Below, piece by piece: positions 1 through 14,402 of a DNA stretch of 64,000 nt (position 1 is the first letter of the stretch; every line of letters begins with the position of its first letter). Below the pieces are notes generated by a model. That model ran no database searches. It was not told the DNA's origin and saw only the letters and a list, made by a program, of their open reading frames with translations. The translations under genes and the position numbers were made by a program. Source of the DNA: Octopus vulgaris (lineage: Eukaryota); NCBI GenBank assembly GCA_951406725.2, contig OX597818.1:26226001-26290000 (forward strand), read 5' to 3'.

Positions 1-331
1 TACTGGCTTCATTCCTTGCAAGCTTACACACATGTTCAGTGTTTATTGCTCCTGAGCATCTGCCACATACAAAAACTATCTTCCCAGTTAGCCTTCCTTT
101 GATATTGCTGCACTTCTTATGTGTCCATAGCTTACAAGGGTACATCTTATAGAATTTCTACCTATGCCTTTTCTACAGATCGAGCTGGGCCATCTACCTG
201 AAGGGATTTGTGCTTTGTTTGCCTTCCTACTTATTAGGACTTTGGTTTTAGCTAGGTTGACTCTAAGACCCTTCGATTCTAATCCTTGTTTCCACACCTG
301 AAACTTCTCCTCTAGTTCTGATAGTGACTCA
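1..331 (-). mobile_element. RTE-clade LINE fragment (RT C-terminal part)
   Basis: WKQGLESKGLRVNLAKTKVLISRK, same family as 20155-21719; runs off window start. Confidence 0.9.
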
Positions 332-1709
332 ACATTTTGATTTTATATATCATCAGAACCCCCATCTACTGGTTCACTTCTGATATAGAACTGTTTGTCT
401 CCTTATCCCACCTTTTTCTCTGCCTCTAACTTTTAGTATAAGCAGTCTCTAGATGATGACCAGGCCTACATTGCCACAGGACACCTGCCAAGTGAAAGAC
501 TTTCGCTGTTGGTTCCAGCCTAATTCACAGCATTATTCAATATATTTGTGGACATTTTCTCTCTATATCAAGGGTTGTGTTTTAAGATTAGTCACCAACC
601 AGTATTTTTATTGAGTCACCATCTCTAGTAAGATTATCAACCAAGTCTGCAGAGCTCTTACTGTCCATATGTGTCAGGGGACCATGTTCATAATTTTTAC
701 TAGGAGACAGATGATGTTGATTGGTTCTATATCCTCATCTGACCATAACCCAGGAGCTAGCTCCTGATTTGTTGTTCAACCACCTTCATTCCAAGGTTGA
801 AGCCAGTGGCTACTGACAGGTTGCCACCAAGTCGGCTAAGAAATCCTATCTTCACCAGTTTTTAAAGCAGAGTGTTATTTCTTGTAGAAGGACTACCAAC
901 CAAAGCTCACGAGTTCTGTCTACCCATTTTAGATGGCCATTGACTCTCCTGAGTTCCTCTGTCCTTTGCTGGGTTTTGTTTTTCATCCCATAGGGTATCC
1001 AAACTTCACCCTCCTCACCAAGCAAGCCAACAGCTTGACCATGAGACAGTTGCACTCCAACACGTTAATCATTATCATTTACTTATTTATTATTATCATC
1101 ACTATTTCTACTACTTTCCTTTCCACCATGTTTACCTATTATTATCATTACCATTATTGCTAACACCATTATTATTTCTATTATTTGTTGTCATTGTTGT
1201 CAGTGGTGGTGGTGGTGGTGGTAGCTCTGTTATATGTGTTGTTATTGTGAGTTGTTACTGTCATAGTAGTTAACATTTTGTCATTCAACTAATTTTCTTA
1301 TCTTCTGTAGCACTGCTGCTGTCATTGCCTCTATTGCTGTTTTTTCAGTCCCTGTTCTTCTCTTCTGGTCCTGTTGTGACTGCCTTCTGTAGTCCTGATG
1401 GCTCTGTTCCTGATGTCATCATTAATATTTTTTGAGTTGTTGATTCTGATTTTGTCTTCACTACTTTCTTTAGTCACCTAGTTATTTTAGTTGCTGCTAT
1501 CGCTATCACCCTATATAGAAGGGTGAGGATGCTTGATTAGTGTTGTGGTATATGGGGTGGTGGAAGGGGTTTCATGTAGGAGCAAAGGCAGGTTGGACAG
1601 AACATAGCTAGCCAAAATATAGAAACACATTTACATGTATTCACATCAATATATTTATATAGATGACTATTCCATAAGCATCTCAAAGTTTTATTATTAT
1701 TTTTATTAA

Positions 1710-1935
1710 GGCAATGAGCTAGCAGAATTGTTAGCATGCTGGGCAAAATGCTTAGCAGCATTTTGTCCATCCTTACATTCTGAGTTCAAATTCTGCTGAG
1801 GTGAACTTTGCATTCCATCCTTTGTGGGGTGGTTGATGAAATAAGTACCAGTTATGCACTGAGGTCAATGTAATCAACTAATCCCCTCCCCTAAAATTTC
1901 AGGCCTTGTGCTAATATTAAAAAGGATTGTTATTA
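1710..1935 (+). mobile_element. tRNA-derived SINE, family A (Meta-like core)
   Basis: GAGCTAGCAGAA..GAGTTCAAATTC head and GCATTCCATCCTTT..GATGAAATAAGTACCAG core; many similar copies in window. Confidence 0.8.
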
Positions 1936-2094
1936 TTGAGTGAGAGAGCAATTAGTAGTAGTAGTAGTAGTACTAGTATTGTTATTGTTGTTGTCGTCGT
2001 CGTCGTCATCATCATTATTCTTATTCCCTGCACCCCCAAAATTGAAAGAGATTTAGTTTTGCATGTGGCATATTCCAGATAATTGTTTCAAATG

Positions 2095-2295
2095 GTACAA
2101 GGCCAGAAATTTTAGGATAGGAGATAGTCAATTGATCACAGTTATCCCTTTGCTCAACTGGTATTTATTTTATAGACCCCCAAAAGGATGAAAGGTAAAG
2201 TTAACTTCAGCACACCAGAAGAAATACTGCTAGGCATTTCTTCCAGTTTGCTAGTGATTCTGCTAGCTCACCATCCTGCATATTCCAGATAGCAA
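2095..2295 (-). mobile_element. SINE family A, decayed
   Basis: reverse complement of the family A core and head. Confidence 0.7.
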
Positions 2296-2974
2296 CATCT
2301 TTTAGTTTCTACCATATTTGACATTATTGTTTGAGCAATCACTCTCATCCTTACATATTGCAATATGAATTCAAAAGACAATTACCATATCCCAGATACT
2401 TTTTGTACTTTCTTCTATTGTTTATTTCACTTATTTTAGCTGTAAGCAAAATATGAATATTGATATCATTCTTACTCATATTTCTAACCTATGTTCTCTA
2501 CCTCAGATTATTTGGGACGTATATTAGCAATGAACAATATATATATATAGCAATGAATCATTTACAGTACAAGAACCCATAAGTGAATGGGAAAATGGCT
2601 TGAATGTAATTTTTGGATGATTAATGTTATTTATGAAGAAGTTACTTGTTAGCTAGCTAAGAAAGTAACCATGAAAGCTGACTATATTTGGAGTAAACAT
2701 TTAATATGAAGAGGCAGTGCATGCTGGTTGCAAACATATTGTGAGTTGTTTCTGTAAAATAACTAAGATGAGCTAATTTTAGGAAGACTTAGGAAGAAAT
2801 AATAAAGACAAGTTTAGGTAAAATTGTATCACATAAATTAGATAACCTAAGATCATGGTGTATTGCTGATGGTTTAAATCTATACTAACATGAAAAACAG
2901 ACAATAAAACTGCTTATGATAATGACTATAATATTAACTTAAAATTGCTATCAACATTTACATTTTTGTTTTAG

Positions 2975-3391
2975 GTGCATAGTACTAATGCGGCAAAAGA
3001 CCTGTTATCAATATCTATTGTGAAACGTCTCTATGAATACTACAAGAAACAAGGGCAGAAAAATAAAGTGATGCAACACCCGCCATACGTTATGCTGAAA
3101 CAAAATTATCGTAGCTGTAAAGAAATTGTTAATTTCTTGGCTTATTCTTTCTATGGTCTTTCTCATGAGATGACTTCAAAAGTTCAAAATCCTGTAAGTG
3201 ACATGAAAGCTTTGCAGTTTTACTCTGTAGAAGGCACTGCTGAAACTTTGCCCCAAAATATGTCATATTATAATAAGATGGAGGCTGAGGAAGTACGAAC
3301 TATTGTGACAAATGTGATGAAATCTTGGCCAGATGAAGAGGAAAAATTATCACCTGAAGACATTTGTGTTGTTTCAAATGAACTGAATCAG
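2975..3391 (+). CDS. HELZ/HELZ2-like SF1 helicase, internal exon (motif IV region)
   Basis: ttttag|GTG acceptor, CAG|gtaag donor, 417 nt, phase 0/0; encodes LKQNYRSCKEIVNFLAYSFYG, YYNKMEAEEV, ICVVSNELNQ typical of UPF1-like AAA_12 domains. Upstream exons lie outside the window. Confidence 0.9.
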
Positions 3392-4709
3392 GTAAGGATT
3401 CCTACATTGCTTTTTGTGTGCAGAAAGGAATTGTATTTATTTGTGTATAATATGCACTGGTGTTTACTGTGCAAAACTGATTATGGGCAATAAAATACTG
3501 GAAAAATTATGTGTAATAATATGCCATGATATTTCTTTAGTATAATGGTAAAAACAGAATTTAGCCAGGTTTACTATGTTTGCTATATAAGATAAATTGA
3601 GAAATTTCATGCTTTCTCAATAAAACAAAAGTAAATATGAAAGTAACTTTTGAACTTTACTTGTATAGGTATAAACATTTGCGTAAAGTTAACATTTTGG
3701 AAATTATACAATCTGTGTTACTGATAAATGTATATGATGTAGTTTTTGAAAACTATTTATTTTCTCTAAAATAGTTGACAAACTCTACGTTTCTAAATAG
3801 AACTTTATCAGACAGTGAAATTTATAGGTGATATTTTAATGAAATCCTGAAATTCCTTCAGCTTGTCTTCAAATTCTTCTGGCAGTTTTATGCTTAGTGA
3901 GTTGACTCCAGCCAGGACTAATCTTGAAGTTGTTAGGTATTTTAATTGTACTGACTTCAATGCCGGCCATGCTGCATTATCACCTATTCACTAAGGTCTT
4001 CTAACTTCAGAAATGCTACAGATTTTTCTGTCTATCTTTTTCAACTTTGGCATGGATTAAATTTGAGATGGGTTTTAACATTTTTTTTTTTTTGTGCCCA
4101 GTATTTTTTATGTAATTTGATGGGACATAAATCATGTAAATTTAGATCTATAAAAAAAAAATGGAAAAGTAAAAAAAGAGATAACTCTTTGTTTTCATAC
4201 ACAAGGTGCACCAAAATTTCAAAAGTTTCAAAATCTGATGGGGAAAAGTGTATATCATATATGAATAACTATGGTAGTTAGTTCTTGAACTGCAAAGGAA
4301 ATTATTATTTCATTGATAACCTTCACAGAGTTACACTTTTGTATTCTGTAGTATTTGTTATAGTCTTTTGAACATATAGAAGAATGGGTTAATAATTCAG
4401 AAAGATCAAATTCAGATCTGATTGTTTTATATTCTGTTTCCTTCAGCAAGTAAGAACATTCTAACTGCATTATTTACCCACTTAACATATTATATACTTT
4501 TCACATGACTTATATACAGTATTTGAGGAAAAACTAAGCATTTAGAATTATTTAGGGAACTGACTCTATCAATTAATGCAAACATTCTCATTTGTTGAAT
4601 CATTATAGTCTCAAAATAATAAATAATTCTGTATTTTATTTATTATGATAAAGCCTTGTTGGGTTTGTTACTATAAAATGCACCCACCCAGTGAAATAAA
4701 ATATATTGA

Positions 4710-5095
4710 GCGCAGGCATGGCTGTGTGGTAAGAATCTCGCTTCCCAACCACATGGTTCTGGGTTCAGTTCCATTGCATGGCACCTTGGGTAAATGTCTT
4801 CTATTATAGCCTCAGGCCTACCAAAGCCTTGTGAATGAATTTGGTAGACAGAAACTGAAAGACTCTGCCGCCCCCCTCCCCATATGTGTGTTTGTGTCTG
4901 TGTTTGTCCCCACCACTACCACTTGACAACTGGTGCTGATGCGTTTACTTCCCCATAACTTAGTGGTTCATCAATAGAATAAGTACCAGGCTTTAAAAAA
5001 TAAGTACCAGGGCCAATACATTTGACTAAAACATTCTCCAAGATGGTGTCCCTGCATGATGCAGTCTAATGACTGAAACAAGTAAAAGATAAAAG
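4710..5095 (+). mobile_element. tRNA-derived SINE, family B (CORE-like)
   Basis: A box TGGCTGTGTGG, B box GGTTCAGTTCC, CORE-like GGCACCTTGGGTAAATGTCTT; copies at 16742, 33130, 33570, 36165. Confidence 0.8.
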
Positions 5096-5841
5096 ATTAA
5101 TACCACAGAGATTATAATAAGTGAATCACAAATTTGGCTAGAACATATAGTAGCACTCACTAGAAAACCAGACTAAAATACAGTATATCTGTCATACAGT
5201 ATATATACTGAAGTTTGCAACTTTTAGTTGCCTTCTTTTCAATCGTTTCAAGAGATATTTTCAATTCATAGCTTTCCCTCAGGTATTGTATAAGTCATGT
5301 GAAAAGTTGTAATATGAGTTATATTAATCTTATTAATAATTCTTTGGTTTAATATATGGTTTTTGATAAATTTACAAATGTGTTAAATCTCAGAACAGTG
5401 AGAGAGCCTCCATGTTCACTTGATCTGCAAAAAATAACAACCAAATTTCCCTCAAATTAGACTTTGCTATCTTGAAAAAAGCAAGACCTAATGGATATTG
5501 TAGTCTCCTAATGCTTAGGAAAAAATGATGAGATAGTCATAACTGGAATATCTTGATCTTAGGTCTGCTCGGTTAAAGATGACCTGGTGCTAAACTACAA
5601 TATGGACTATTGATTGTTGTATTTGACAAGTTCATTATACTGGATCTAAATCAGTTTTCTGTTCACTTATTTTCTTACCTTAACCAGGAACACTGTGTTA
5701 CTAGTAAGCTCATCATTAACTGGCAATGACAATACAGCCTGCATTTCCTAATCTAATTACAATCATAAAATCAGATAAAATGATTGACTAGGTCACATAA
5801 TTATTACAGTTATATCATAAAAATTATTTATATTTTCATAG

Positions 5842-5908
5842 GTTAAGCTGATAAGGGAATACTTATCTGGAAAACACATCACTGTAGATTCTGTTATCAG
5901 TGTACAAG
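5842..5908 (+). CDS. HELZ-like helicase, small exon (start of motif V)
   Basis: ttcatag|GTT...CAAG|gtaag; 67 nt, VKLIREYLSGKHITVDSVISVQ(G); phases fit both neighbours; not in ORF track. Confidence 0.88.
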
Positions 5909-6000
5909 GTAAGCTACAATAAAATATAAGTACCTTTATATTATCAAAATTACAAAGTTACATAAAAATGTGAGTGGTTAACAATGGTGGTATGTTCACT

Positions 6001-6227
6001 GTGAGCTGGCAGAAACGTTAGCACGCCGGGCGAAATGCTTATCGGTATTTCGTCTGCCGTTACGTTCTGAGTTCAAATTCTGCCAAGGTCGACTTTGCCT
6101 TTCATCCTTTCGGAGTCGATAAATTAAGTACCAGTTACGCACTGGAGTCAATGTAATCGACTTAATACTTATGTCTGTCCTTGTTTGTCCCCACTGTGTT
6201 TAGCTCTTTGTGGGTAATAAAGAAATA
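6001..6227 (+). mobile_element. SINE family A, young copy with 19-bp TSD
   Basis: direct repeat GGTATGTTCACTGTGAGCT at 5989-6007 and 6228-6246, overlapping the SINE 5' end by microhomology; CpG-rich. Confidence 0.9.
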
Positions 6228-6863
6228 GGTATGTTCACTGTGAGCTAAGTCTATGACCCAATCCAGATTTGTGCTGCAATTTCTGCTGTAAAACAACTTT
6301 CAGAAGGAGATGCACTATCATGCTGATATTAGTTTGTGTTAATTTCATAGTAATAAACACATCTGTGGGACATATAGATATATCAGATAAATTTGTTTGT
6401 TTTTAACTATTTATTTTAATCCTTATTTTTCCTTAACAATTTTAATAAATCAGTCAATAATATATTCTCCTTCATTGTTCATGATTTTCTTTGCAATGTT
6501 CCTCTAGCTTGTCAGTATCTTGATGGTAGAAATCACTGGGCCTTGACTTGAAGAATTCATTGAACCCAAGTTTCAGCTCCATTTCATTGTTGAACAAAAT
6601 GCCTCACAGACTTTCAGAGAGTGATGGAAAAAGGTGATAATCCAAAGGCACTATATCAAGAGGGAATGGTGGATGCAGTAGAACTTCCTAGCTGAATATT
6701 TTTTGTTAAATTAGTGATATTGAAATGAGCACTATTTCACCCATCGCTATGTTCTGAGTTTAAATTTTTCCACTTTGTAAGAGTAATTTACCCAATATTT
6801 CTGCTGTTCTAATGGCATTTCTGTGTTCAAAAATAAATTATCATCTTATTTGTATCATATATA

Positions 6864-7137
6864 TGTGTCGGTGGCACATTAAAAAAAACACCATCCGAGC
6901 GTGGCCATTCGCCAGCCTCATCTGGCACCTGTGTCGGTGGCACATATAAAACACCATCCGAGCGTGGCCGTTCGCCAGCCTCGTCTGGCACCTGTGTTGG
7001 CATTAGGAAGGGCATCCAGCCGTAGAAACACTGCCAGATCTGACTGGCCTGGTGCAGCCTTCGGGCTTCCCAGACCCCAGTTGAACCGTCCAACCCATGC
7101 TAGCATGGAAAGCGGACGTTAAACGATGATGATGATG

Positions 7138-7139
<2 letters not shown>
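6864..7139 (+). mobile_element. RTE LINE 3' UTR/tail fragment
   Basis: GGCATTAGGAAGGGCATCCAGC...CCCATGCTAGCATGGAAAGCGGACGTTAAAC(GAT)n, same end as RTE copy at 20155. Confidence 0.85.
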
Positions 7140-7169
<30 letters not shown>

Positions 7170-7331
7170 ATTAAGATGATAATTATATATTTTATATATA
7201 TATATATAATATCAAAATAAACAACAAGGATATCTAGAGGTAATGCAGTACGATCGTTTCAAGCAAGGAGATAGACAAAGAACATGCTGTCTTCACTTCA
7301 GCTTAGAAGCTACTCTAGCCGCACCATACCA

Positions 7332-9139
7332 GACCATACCAGCGCAGTTGTCTCTCTTGCACTCCACATCTGATGCTTCTTAGGTCCAACTTTTCTCTCA
7401 AGGTACTTACACTATGTCGAGTATGAACACTGACATTACACATCCATCAGATCATACTGGCTTCATTCTTTGCGAGCTTACGCGTGTCCTCAGCAGTCAC
7501 GGCTCATGTTTCACTGCCATGTAGCATGGCTGTTTGTACACGTGTCATAAAGTCTACCTTTTACTCTGAGAGAGAGGCCCTTTGTCACCAGCAGAGGTAA
7601 GAGCTCTCTGAACTTTGCCCAGGCTATTCTTATTCTATCAGCTACACATTCAGAGCACCCTCGCCTGCTACTGACTAGGTCACCTAGCTAACGGAAGCTA
7701 TCAACTACTTCTAGTTTTTCTCCCTGGAATGTGGCGGAAGTTGTTCTCTGCACATTTCCTGTGTTTATTGCTTCTGAGCATCTGCCACATACAAAAACTA
7801 TCTTCCTATTTAGCCCTTCCTTTGATATTGCTGTACCTCTTATGTGTCCATAGCTTACACTGGGTACATCATATAGAGTTTCTACCTACGCCTCTACTAC
7901 AGATCGAGCTGGGCCATCTACCTGAAAGGATTTGTGGTTTGCCTGCCTTCCTACTTATTAGGACTTTGGTTTTAGCTAGGTTGACTCTAAGGCCCTTTGA
8001 TTCTAATCCTTGTTTCCACACCTGAAACTTCTCTAGTTCTGATAGTGACTCAGCAATTAGAGCAAGGTTGTCAGCATAAAGGAACTCCCAGGGGCATCCT
8101 ATCTTGAATTCCTCCGTTATTGCCTGGAGAACTATGATAAATAGGAGGGGACTAAGAACTGAACCTTGGTGGACCCCTACTTCCACCTGGAATTCTTCAC
8201 TATACTCGTTGTGAACCCTCACCTTACTAACAGTGTCCCTGTACATGGCTTGCACAGGTCTCACTAACCATTCATCTATCCCTAGTTTCCTTATTGACCA
8301 CTAGATAACAGATTGGGGGATCTTGTCAAAGGCTTTCTCCATGTCAACGAAAGCCAGGTACAGAGGTTTATCTTTGGCTAGGTATTTCTCCTGCATCTGT
8401 CTTACCAGGAATATAGCATCAGTGGTGCTTTTCCCTGGCATGAACCCAAACTGCATCTCATCTAAACTGATTCTCTTCCTAATTATTTGGGCTTTGACCC
8501 TCTCTGTGACCTTCTTTACCTGATCTAACAACTTGATACCTCTGTAATTATTTGCATCTAAAGTATCACCTTTTCCTTTGTAGCAGTTGACTATGGTGCT
8601 GCTTCACCAGTCATTGGGTATGACTCCTTCGTGTATCACCTGGTTAGCTATACAGGTGACTATGCTATAGCTGACACTGCCAGATATTTTGAGCATCTCT
8701 GCAATGATTCCTGATGGGCCAGGGGCTTTCCCTGTCTTCAAACCCTTTATTGCTTTATCTGCCAAGGTACTGTCAATTCGGATAGCTGGTCCCTCTGTTT
8801 GGTCAACATTCAGCAGACTCTCTTTCTCCCATTCATTCTCTTTATTGAGCAACCTTTCATAGTGGCGTCTCCAAACCTCTCTCTTTGCAGCCTCATTTAG
8901 GGCAAGTGAACCATCATCCATGCAAACACATTTCTCTCCTACAACATCACAATCCTCTCTCATACACTGTCTTGCAACACGAAATACCTCGAGTCTTTGA
9001 ACCTCACTGCACAGAACATTGGCAATTTTTTTCTTATCTGCTTCCCCTCTGGCTAAATAAACCTGCCTCCTAGCTTCCCTTCTGGCAGTCTGATACAATT
9101 ATCTGCTTCCACTGTCTTCCAGTCCTTCCAAGCCTGTTT

Positions 9140-9140
<1 letters not shown>
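7332..9140 (-). mobile_element. RTE LINE, truncated pseudo-ORF (RT)
   Basis: KAPGPSGI, QFGFMPGKSTTDAIF, AFVDMEKAFD, GVHQGSVLSPLLF, YADN; stops and frameshifts. Confidence 0.95.
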
Positions 9141-9187
<47 letters not shown>

Positions 9188-9189
9188 AG

Positions 9190-9870
9190 AAATTAAATAT
9201 AAATTACAAAATGGGACAAGAACGCAAAAACACACAAAGAGACAGCACAAAAAAACAGACGGGTCATTCAAAGCCTCTAATCTTCAGTCGGGAACCGGAT
9301 CATCTTAGCAATTTCGGCTGATTAATCCTCGATATCGCTCCGATATGGCCAGCCCCAAAGAAAAACTAAGCTACGGGCATTAGATTTCTTGGAAAGAGGA
9401 TCGAATGTATACGAAAAAAGGACAGGATGCCACACGAATATAAATACAAGAAACAAAAAATAGAAATAAAAAACTAGAATAGTAATAACAGGACAAAACA
9501 GTGGGTGTCTTACAACCTCAGACAATTTTTAACTTATCTTGGCTGGCGTATTTGAAAAATGCCTTTGCGGCAAACGAAGACAACAGTGTTAACGTGGCAA
9601 CGGTCAAGCCGGAAAGACCAGTTTGAAGTGAGAGGACGGTAGAAAGAGAAAGAAAAGCAGGGGGCAAGGAATCAAAGAGAGAGAGAAAGAAAGGGACAAA
9701 GGCACCAAGGAGGAGAGAGAGAGAAGGAAGGAATTAAAGAAGGGAGAAGAAATAGGATTGGCTTAGCAATAGAAATAATGGTGCAAAGTAAGAAAGACGG
9801 AGAAATGTGATAGAGTGGGGGAAGAATCAGAGGCAAGGAAAGAGAAAGACACAGACTATAGAGAAAGTGT
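9190..9870. mobile_element. probable Penelope-like terminal repeat / non-autonomous fragment between (TA)n tracts
   Basis: CpG-rich non-coding block with purine-rich tail, bounded by TA microsatellites; CTGAAGA and GAAA motifs on minus strand. Confidence 0.4.
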
Positions 9871-10509
9871 GTGTATATATATATATATATAATTTCATCC
9901 GCATTTTTCTTATATATTGCGTTATTTAACATAACTTAATTTAGTACAAGATAATAGAGTCAAGTCCCTATATTAATTTCTTTATTGACTTTTACTATCC
10001 TACCTACTAATAGTTAACCTTGAATTTTTTGTTTTTTGCTTTCTATTTATATACATTTATATATATTTATGCCTAGTTTGTTGTTTATGCTACCGGGTTA
10101 TCCATTAACCAACCATAACAAAGTCATGGCCTTTCAAAACAATAGCTGACCAATTAGATTATGGGACTGACCATACCCCCCCCCCCACACACACACACAC
10201 ATTTCAGCAACTCGATAAACAAAAAGTAATGGAAAATAATAAAGTACCTTGATTAATACCCGGAAATTTATTACTTTTAGTACCGACTAATATCACATGT
10301 ATTAATATAAACTCTTACCCACTTATTATGGACCTTTATCTTAAGCCATCAGTAGAAAACATATCACATATTTATTTATATGTATATATGTAAATATGTT
10401 TAAGTATAATTATCATAATTATATAAAAAGAAAAATGCAAACTACTACAGTAATCCTCTCTTCTCAATACATGAAATATGTATGTACCTATGGGTATGTT
10501 TGTACGTAA

Positions 10510-10541
<32 letters not shown>

Positions 10542-10547
10542 ATTTAT

Positions 10548-10703
10548 ATATTTCTTTACTACCCACAAGGGGCTAAACATAGAGGGGAAAAACAAGGACA
10601 GACAAAGGGATTAAATCGATTACATCGACCCAGTGCGAAACTGGTACTTTATTTATCGACCCCGAGAGGATGAAAGGCAAAGTCGACCTTGGCGGAATTT
10701 GAG
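10548..10703 (-). mobile_element. SINE family A, 5'-truncated
   Basis: reverse complement of 6070-6225. Confidence 0.85.
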
Positions 10704-11468
10704 TATTCCTCATTTATATACCTTTTCATTCGTACATAACTACAATGATCTTAAGATAGATTGATCATTTAAATTCCACTATTATTTCACTTTTGATAAT
10801 CTTTTCTTTCCTTTGTTTATACTTTATGTAATAGGAATAATTTAATACACCTAATAATAATAATAATGATTCCTTTCTATGTATATATACATATACATAT
10901 AAATATATAGATATGTATTTATGTATATATGTATGTATTTATATTTATAACTTAACCTTTATATTTATAACTTAACCTTATGAACTTTCTAAACTCTCTG
11001 ACGAAGCCCAGAAGCACACCCAAGTACCATAATCTTATCTACCAAATACTTCAGTTCACTGAAGGGATGGAAGTAAAGTGGGGTACTATGACCTTTTGGC
11101 TGAAACAGCTGCAAGATACTATTCTACTTCCTATGCTTTATGTTATATATCTTAATAATTACTGGTATTTTTATATTTTTATATATTATATATGTAAAGC
11201 ATATGTTATACATGTATATATATTGTTATAATGGTTTTTAAAAAATAAATATATAGACATAATATAATGTCTAAAAATTGATGAATACCACCTCTTGATC
11301 CCCTCCATTTTCTTATTGCTGTGTGTGTGTATATATATATAACTTTATATGTTAACATTGAACATACTAAGTCTTTTTTAAAGATTTTTATTAAGTATTA
11401 TTTTTTGTACATAAGCATTGGACATTGATTTAATACTAATGCTTCCTGTTTTATTTTGTAACCTGCAG

Positions 11469-12291
11469 GTAAACAATTCAAAGTAGTGATAATTAGCACT
11501 GTATATACAACTTCATCAGGTCTCTGTAATGGGGCAGAATACACAAACTTTCTGAATAATAAACTTTTACTAAACACTGCAATGTCAAGAGCTAAATATG
11601 TTGTCATTGTTGTTGGAGATCCAGTTGCTCTATGCATCTCAGGAGACTGCAAATATATTTGGCAAAATTTTATTCAAAGTTGTTCTGAACTGAATACCCT
11701 CTATCCTGCTCACTATACATATGATGTAATTCATTCAAAGATATTTGCACTATTAAATAGCATTTCACAAGAGGAATATGCTGCAGAAACATATGAGGAT
11801 GAAATGGAAGCAAATCCTAATATAAACAATTGCATAAAACATCATAAATGTCCCCAAGAATGTTTTCCATTATTATATACTGAAAGTATTGATAATTTGA
11901 AGCGCCCAATTATTGATGCTATTTGTCAAGAAGCTTTTTGTACTGCTATTACAACTTCACTTGTTATGTTTGTTGATATTAACATCAAGTGGGATCAAAA
12001 TCAAGGCTGTGGAGAATTCTGCATAAAGTCTTCCATTTTGAACGCTAAGAATATAGAATTGCATTCAGCACAAAGTATGACTAATATTCCAGATTGGTTT
12101 TGCATCAAATACAAAGGTCATCAAGCCTCAGCAACTTATTTCATTCATGTTTGGATCTTGGAGGTGAAAAGTGAATATGACAATCTTGTAGTGAAGATAA
12201 GAGTTATAGACTCTGAAGTTGATACATTGAAACAGATAACTGATAATCTTAGCTGCAGTATGTGGCTAATATCATTTGATAATTTTTACAG
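11469..12291 (+). CDS. HELZ-like helicase, exon with motifs V-VI and linker
   Basis: ctgcag|GT...AG|gtaata; GKQFKVVIISTV and FLNNKLLLNTAMSRAKYVVIVVGDPVALC..GDCKYIWQNFI match the HELZ/HELZ2 signature. Confidence 0.92.
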
Positions 12292-12295
12292 GTAA

Positions 12296-12356
<61 letters not shown>

Positions 12357-12392
12357 GTTGTTGTTGTTGTTGTTGTTATTGTTTTTGTTGTT

Positions 12393-12440
<48 letters not shown>

Positions 12441-12482
12441 ATTGTTGTTGTTGTTATTATTATTATGATTATTATTATTATT
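12296..12482. repeat. compound (ATT)n(GTT)n microsatellite
   Basis: starts 4 nt into the intron after the donor at 12291; explains the poly-I/V/N/T ORFs. Confidence 0.97.
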
Positions 12483-13260
12483 GGAGTAAATAGATATTTT
12501 ATTTTCAGTGTCAAAGTAGATCTTGCTTTTACTTACTTTTGTTGTTTTCTTTTGAATCAGATGAACTGATGACAAAACTACAAAATATCTCAGGTTCTGT
12601 AATCTTAAGCAGGAAAGGCTGTTTTTCCCTTAGGCAGTTTAGTCTATCATTTACTTGATTAACTTGAAACGACTATGGTAGTGTGCAGTGATCATACCAT
12701 AAAGTATTATGAGAATTAACTATAAATTACTATGATGAACCTGTTCCTCAAATTAACCTTTTGTTAGCTCTGATTCATGAAAGATTTAGACAGTAAAGGA
12801 GGGGTATAATGGAATTAATGGGCTGTTGAGTGATTTGTTCTTAAATACAATCTAGTATTTGGCACTGACTATTGATCTTCAGCTAGTTTCTAGTCTCATT
12901 TGTTGTTCTCCATTAAAAACAAAGGAAAAAAATCAGTCAGAATTAGAAAATTATTCAGTCATCTCTCATTCATAATTTTGTAAGTATTTAGACGAAAGTT
13001 GTTGCAAACTACAGAATTTGCCTAAATGAGTTCCTAATAAACATATTTATTGGAATGTCTGGATATACAACAGTATCATAAACCCACTGGACTTGCAAAG
13101 TACAAGCCTCAAAGAGTAGTGAACAAGCTATCAACTTACGAAACTTATCAACAACATAGGTAGGCTTGAAAGAAAAAATTCATGAAGCTAACACATATTG
13201 AAACATTTGTATGACTACTTTTTTTAAAAATAAATATGTTGTTTTTTAAGTGATAAAATA

Positions 13261-13297
<37 letters not shown>

Positions 13298-13299
<2 letters not shown>

Positions 13300-14137
13300 A
13301 AAAAAAACTGAATTATCCAAAATACAATTCATCCAAACTGATATAAAATAGACACAGTGTGCTGACCTGTGGTGGTGGCTAAGGCCATACTACCATGTGG
13401 TGTGTCTTTGTTTTACAGTGCTTCTTCCCTGTTCATCAATTTTGTGATGGCTAAAATGAAGGAACAGCACACTTCGGTAAAATTCTGTTTTCTGCTGGGA
13501 AAAATAGCAGCCAAAACAGTTGTCATGCTTCAAACAGCTTACAAGTGTGCTGCCACGTGCAAAACACAAATTTACAAGTAGTTTTCACACTTTAGGAATG
13601 GTCACTTGTCACTTAAAGGCCAAACTTGTTCAGGACAACCATCAACCTCTCGAACGAATGAAAATTCATGAACTGATCTTGGAGGACTGTCACCAAACAG
13701 TTGACAAACTTGTAGATATGATTAGTGTGTCCTAGAACTCCTACCCATGAATTTCAAGCAAGGAATTGTAACTGAAAAGAGTAACATCAAAATTTGTGCC
13801 TCACTTGCTCACGGAAGATCAAAAGCAGTTATAACTAAATGCATATCGTGAACTGAAAGAAAAGTTGGAAGTTGATCTGGACCTTTTTTTCGAAGATCAT
13901 CACTGGTGATATGGAATTTGCAGATGTAGAAGAGGTGAAGAAAAAAATCGATGGAGGCATTAAAAGGCATCACTTTAAAAAAGTTCCAGCACTGCTTCAA
14001 ATAGTGGAAAATGCACCTGGACTGATGCATTGCTTCAAATGGAGAATACTTTGAAGAGGATAAAAGTGTAAACATATAAAACTAAATGAATAAAATAATA
14101 TTGCAAAATTCCAGTTTCCTTTGAGTACTCCCTCATA
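13298..14137 (+). mobile_element. decayed, internally deleted mariner
   Basis: EQHTSVKFCFLLGKIAAKTVVMLQTAY N-terminus, KIITGD, terminal CCCTCATA resembling a mariner TIR plus TA. Confidence 0.75.
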
Positions 14138-14402
14138 CTTCCGAAAACATAAGATTACTCAGCTTTGAGAACATTTGACACAGAACCTTTATTTTTTGTT
14201 GGTGGTATAAGAAATTTTTAAATTGTTTGGATAATTATTTGAACTTTTAAAAAATGTCTGTAAATATTTATGGAACCTATTTCTTTTCTCATGCCACTGT
14301 ACTGTTAATTTAATGTTTCACTTGTGACTGTTTTAAAAATTTAGCTAAGTACTTTTGTATTTTAATGTATAATACTGTATTTTTTTTCTTGTTAAATATC
14401 AG

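Noticed and set aside
6864-9140. Single RTE with twin-priming 5' inversion
   Set aside because: The inverted body lies 3' of the tail, separated by (TA)n and unrelated DNA; geometry fits two independent insertions.
9260-9345. Hammerhead in the 9190-9870 block
   Set aside because: CTGAAGA and GAAA occur on minus but I could not assemble them with convincing stems.
10995-11030. CTGACGA hammerhead core
   Set aside because: No stem II closure or GAAA follows; same for CTGATGA at ~57454 where GAAA is missing.
12249-12575. Poly-N/I/T/V ORFs
   Set aside because: Translations of the (ATT)n(GTT)n microsatellite in an intron.
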